Below the pieces are notes generated by a model, which was not told the DNA's origin, made no database searches, and saw only the letters and a program-made list of their open reading frames with translations. A program made the translations under genes and the position numbers. From Chitinophagales bacterium (lineage in GTDB: Bacteria > Bacteroidota > Bacteroidia > Chitinophagales > UBA8649): a DNA stretch of 64,000 nt. Of this stretch, positions 63,656 through 64,000 are shown in pieces (the first letter of the stretch is position 1; each line of letters opens with the position of its first letter). The stretch spans positions 80,356-144,355 of the forward strand of contig JBMHCE010000033.1 of assembly GCA_049890075.1 (NCBI GenBank), read 5' to 3'.

Positions 63656-64000
63656 ATGTACTCAAACGATTTAATGCTTTGGCGAGAAGTGCTTAAAAGT
63701 GCTTACCGGGCAGCAGACAATGGAGAGATACCTGTCGGAGCTCTTGTTGTAGACAACGACAAAAAGACCATTGTTTCCAAGGGGTGGAACCAGGTTAACC
63801 TTCTGCACGACCCAACAGCTCACGCAGAAATGCTGGCAATCACATCGGCAACAAGTGCTACGCAAACACGCCACCTACCCTCTTATACCGTCATGGTCTC
63901 CTTGGAGCCATGTATTATGTGCGCTGGGGCAATCCACTGGGCGCAGGTTAAGCGGGTTCAGTATCTTTTGCCGGACGACAAGTTTGGGGCAATAAGTCAC
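63656..64000 (+). CDS. tadA: tRNA-specific adenosine deaminase, N-terminal part (runs off the right edge)
   Basis: Absent from the ORF track because it has no stop. My translation is MYSNDLMLWREVLKSAYRAADNGEIPVGALVVDNDKK...TAHAEMLAI...SLEPCIMCAGAI. It carries the CDA zinc motifs HAE and PCxxC. Confidence 0.85.
   Translation, partial: MYSNDLMLWREVLKSAYRAADNGEIPVGALVVDNDKKTIVSKGWNQVNLLHDPTAHAEMLAITSATSATQTRHLPSYTVMVSLEPCIMCAGAIHWAQVKRVQYLLPDDKFGAISH

Overview
This 64-kb chromosomal window looks like a Bacteroidota genome. The taxon is an inference from gene order (purH-mreBCD-mrdA-rodA), a Wza/Wzc pair with a YG-repeat tail, and TAnnTTTG-type -7 boxes. It has three parts. (i) 1-6952 is a minus-strand housekeeping block: rodA (partial), mrdA, mreD, mreC, mreB, purH, purN. 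(ii) 7044-38517 is a ~31.5-kb, 28-gene surface-glycan super-locus. It holds a wzm/wzt ABC exporter, 13 glycosyltransferases plus a WecA/MraY-type initiating transferase, and three sulfotransferase-like genes. It also holds two asparagine-synthase-like amidotransferases, a UDP-glucuronate 4-epimerase-like gene, a WbpB/WbpD-like pair, a small exosortase-like membrane protein, a Wzy/EpsG-like polytopic protein and wza/wzc. The locus is followed by crcB, tRNA-Leu(GAG) and a cytoplasmic CE4 deacetylase. (iii) 39.6-64 kb is housekeeping: gltX, nadD, a nucleoside phosphorylase, a compact TDO-like gene, and a 1050-aa membrane-anchored acidic coiled-coil protein with an orphan RsbW-like kinase. Then come ybeY, mnmG, lptB, a polyprenyl synthase, ligA, PCD, an M42 peptidase, pyk, acpP-fabF-rnc, a TolC/adaptor pair and tadA (partial). 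I saw no CRISPR array, transposase, integrase, rRNA or obvious defence system. The most interesting content is the apparent sulfated-polysaccharide pathway (Wzm/Wzt-dependent, three cytoplasmic sulfotransferases, a GT14-type enzyme) fused to a Wzy/Wza/Wzc-type module that contains an orphan exosortase-like protein. All family assignments come from motifs read by eye in the supplied translations; no searches were run.
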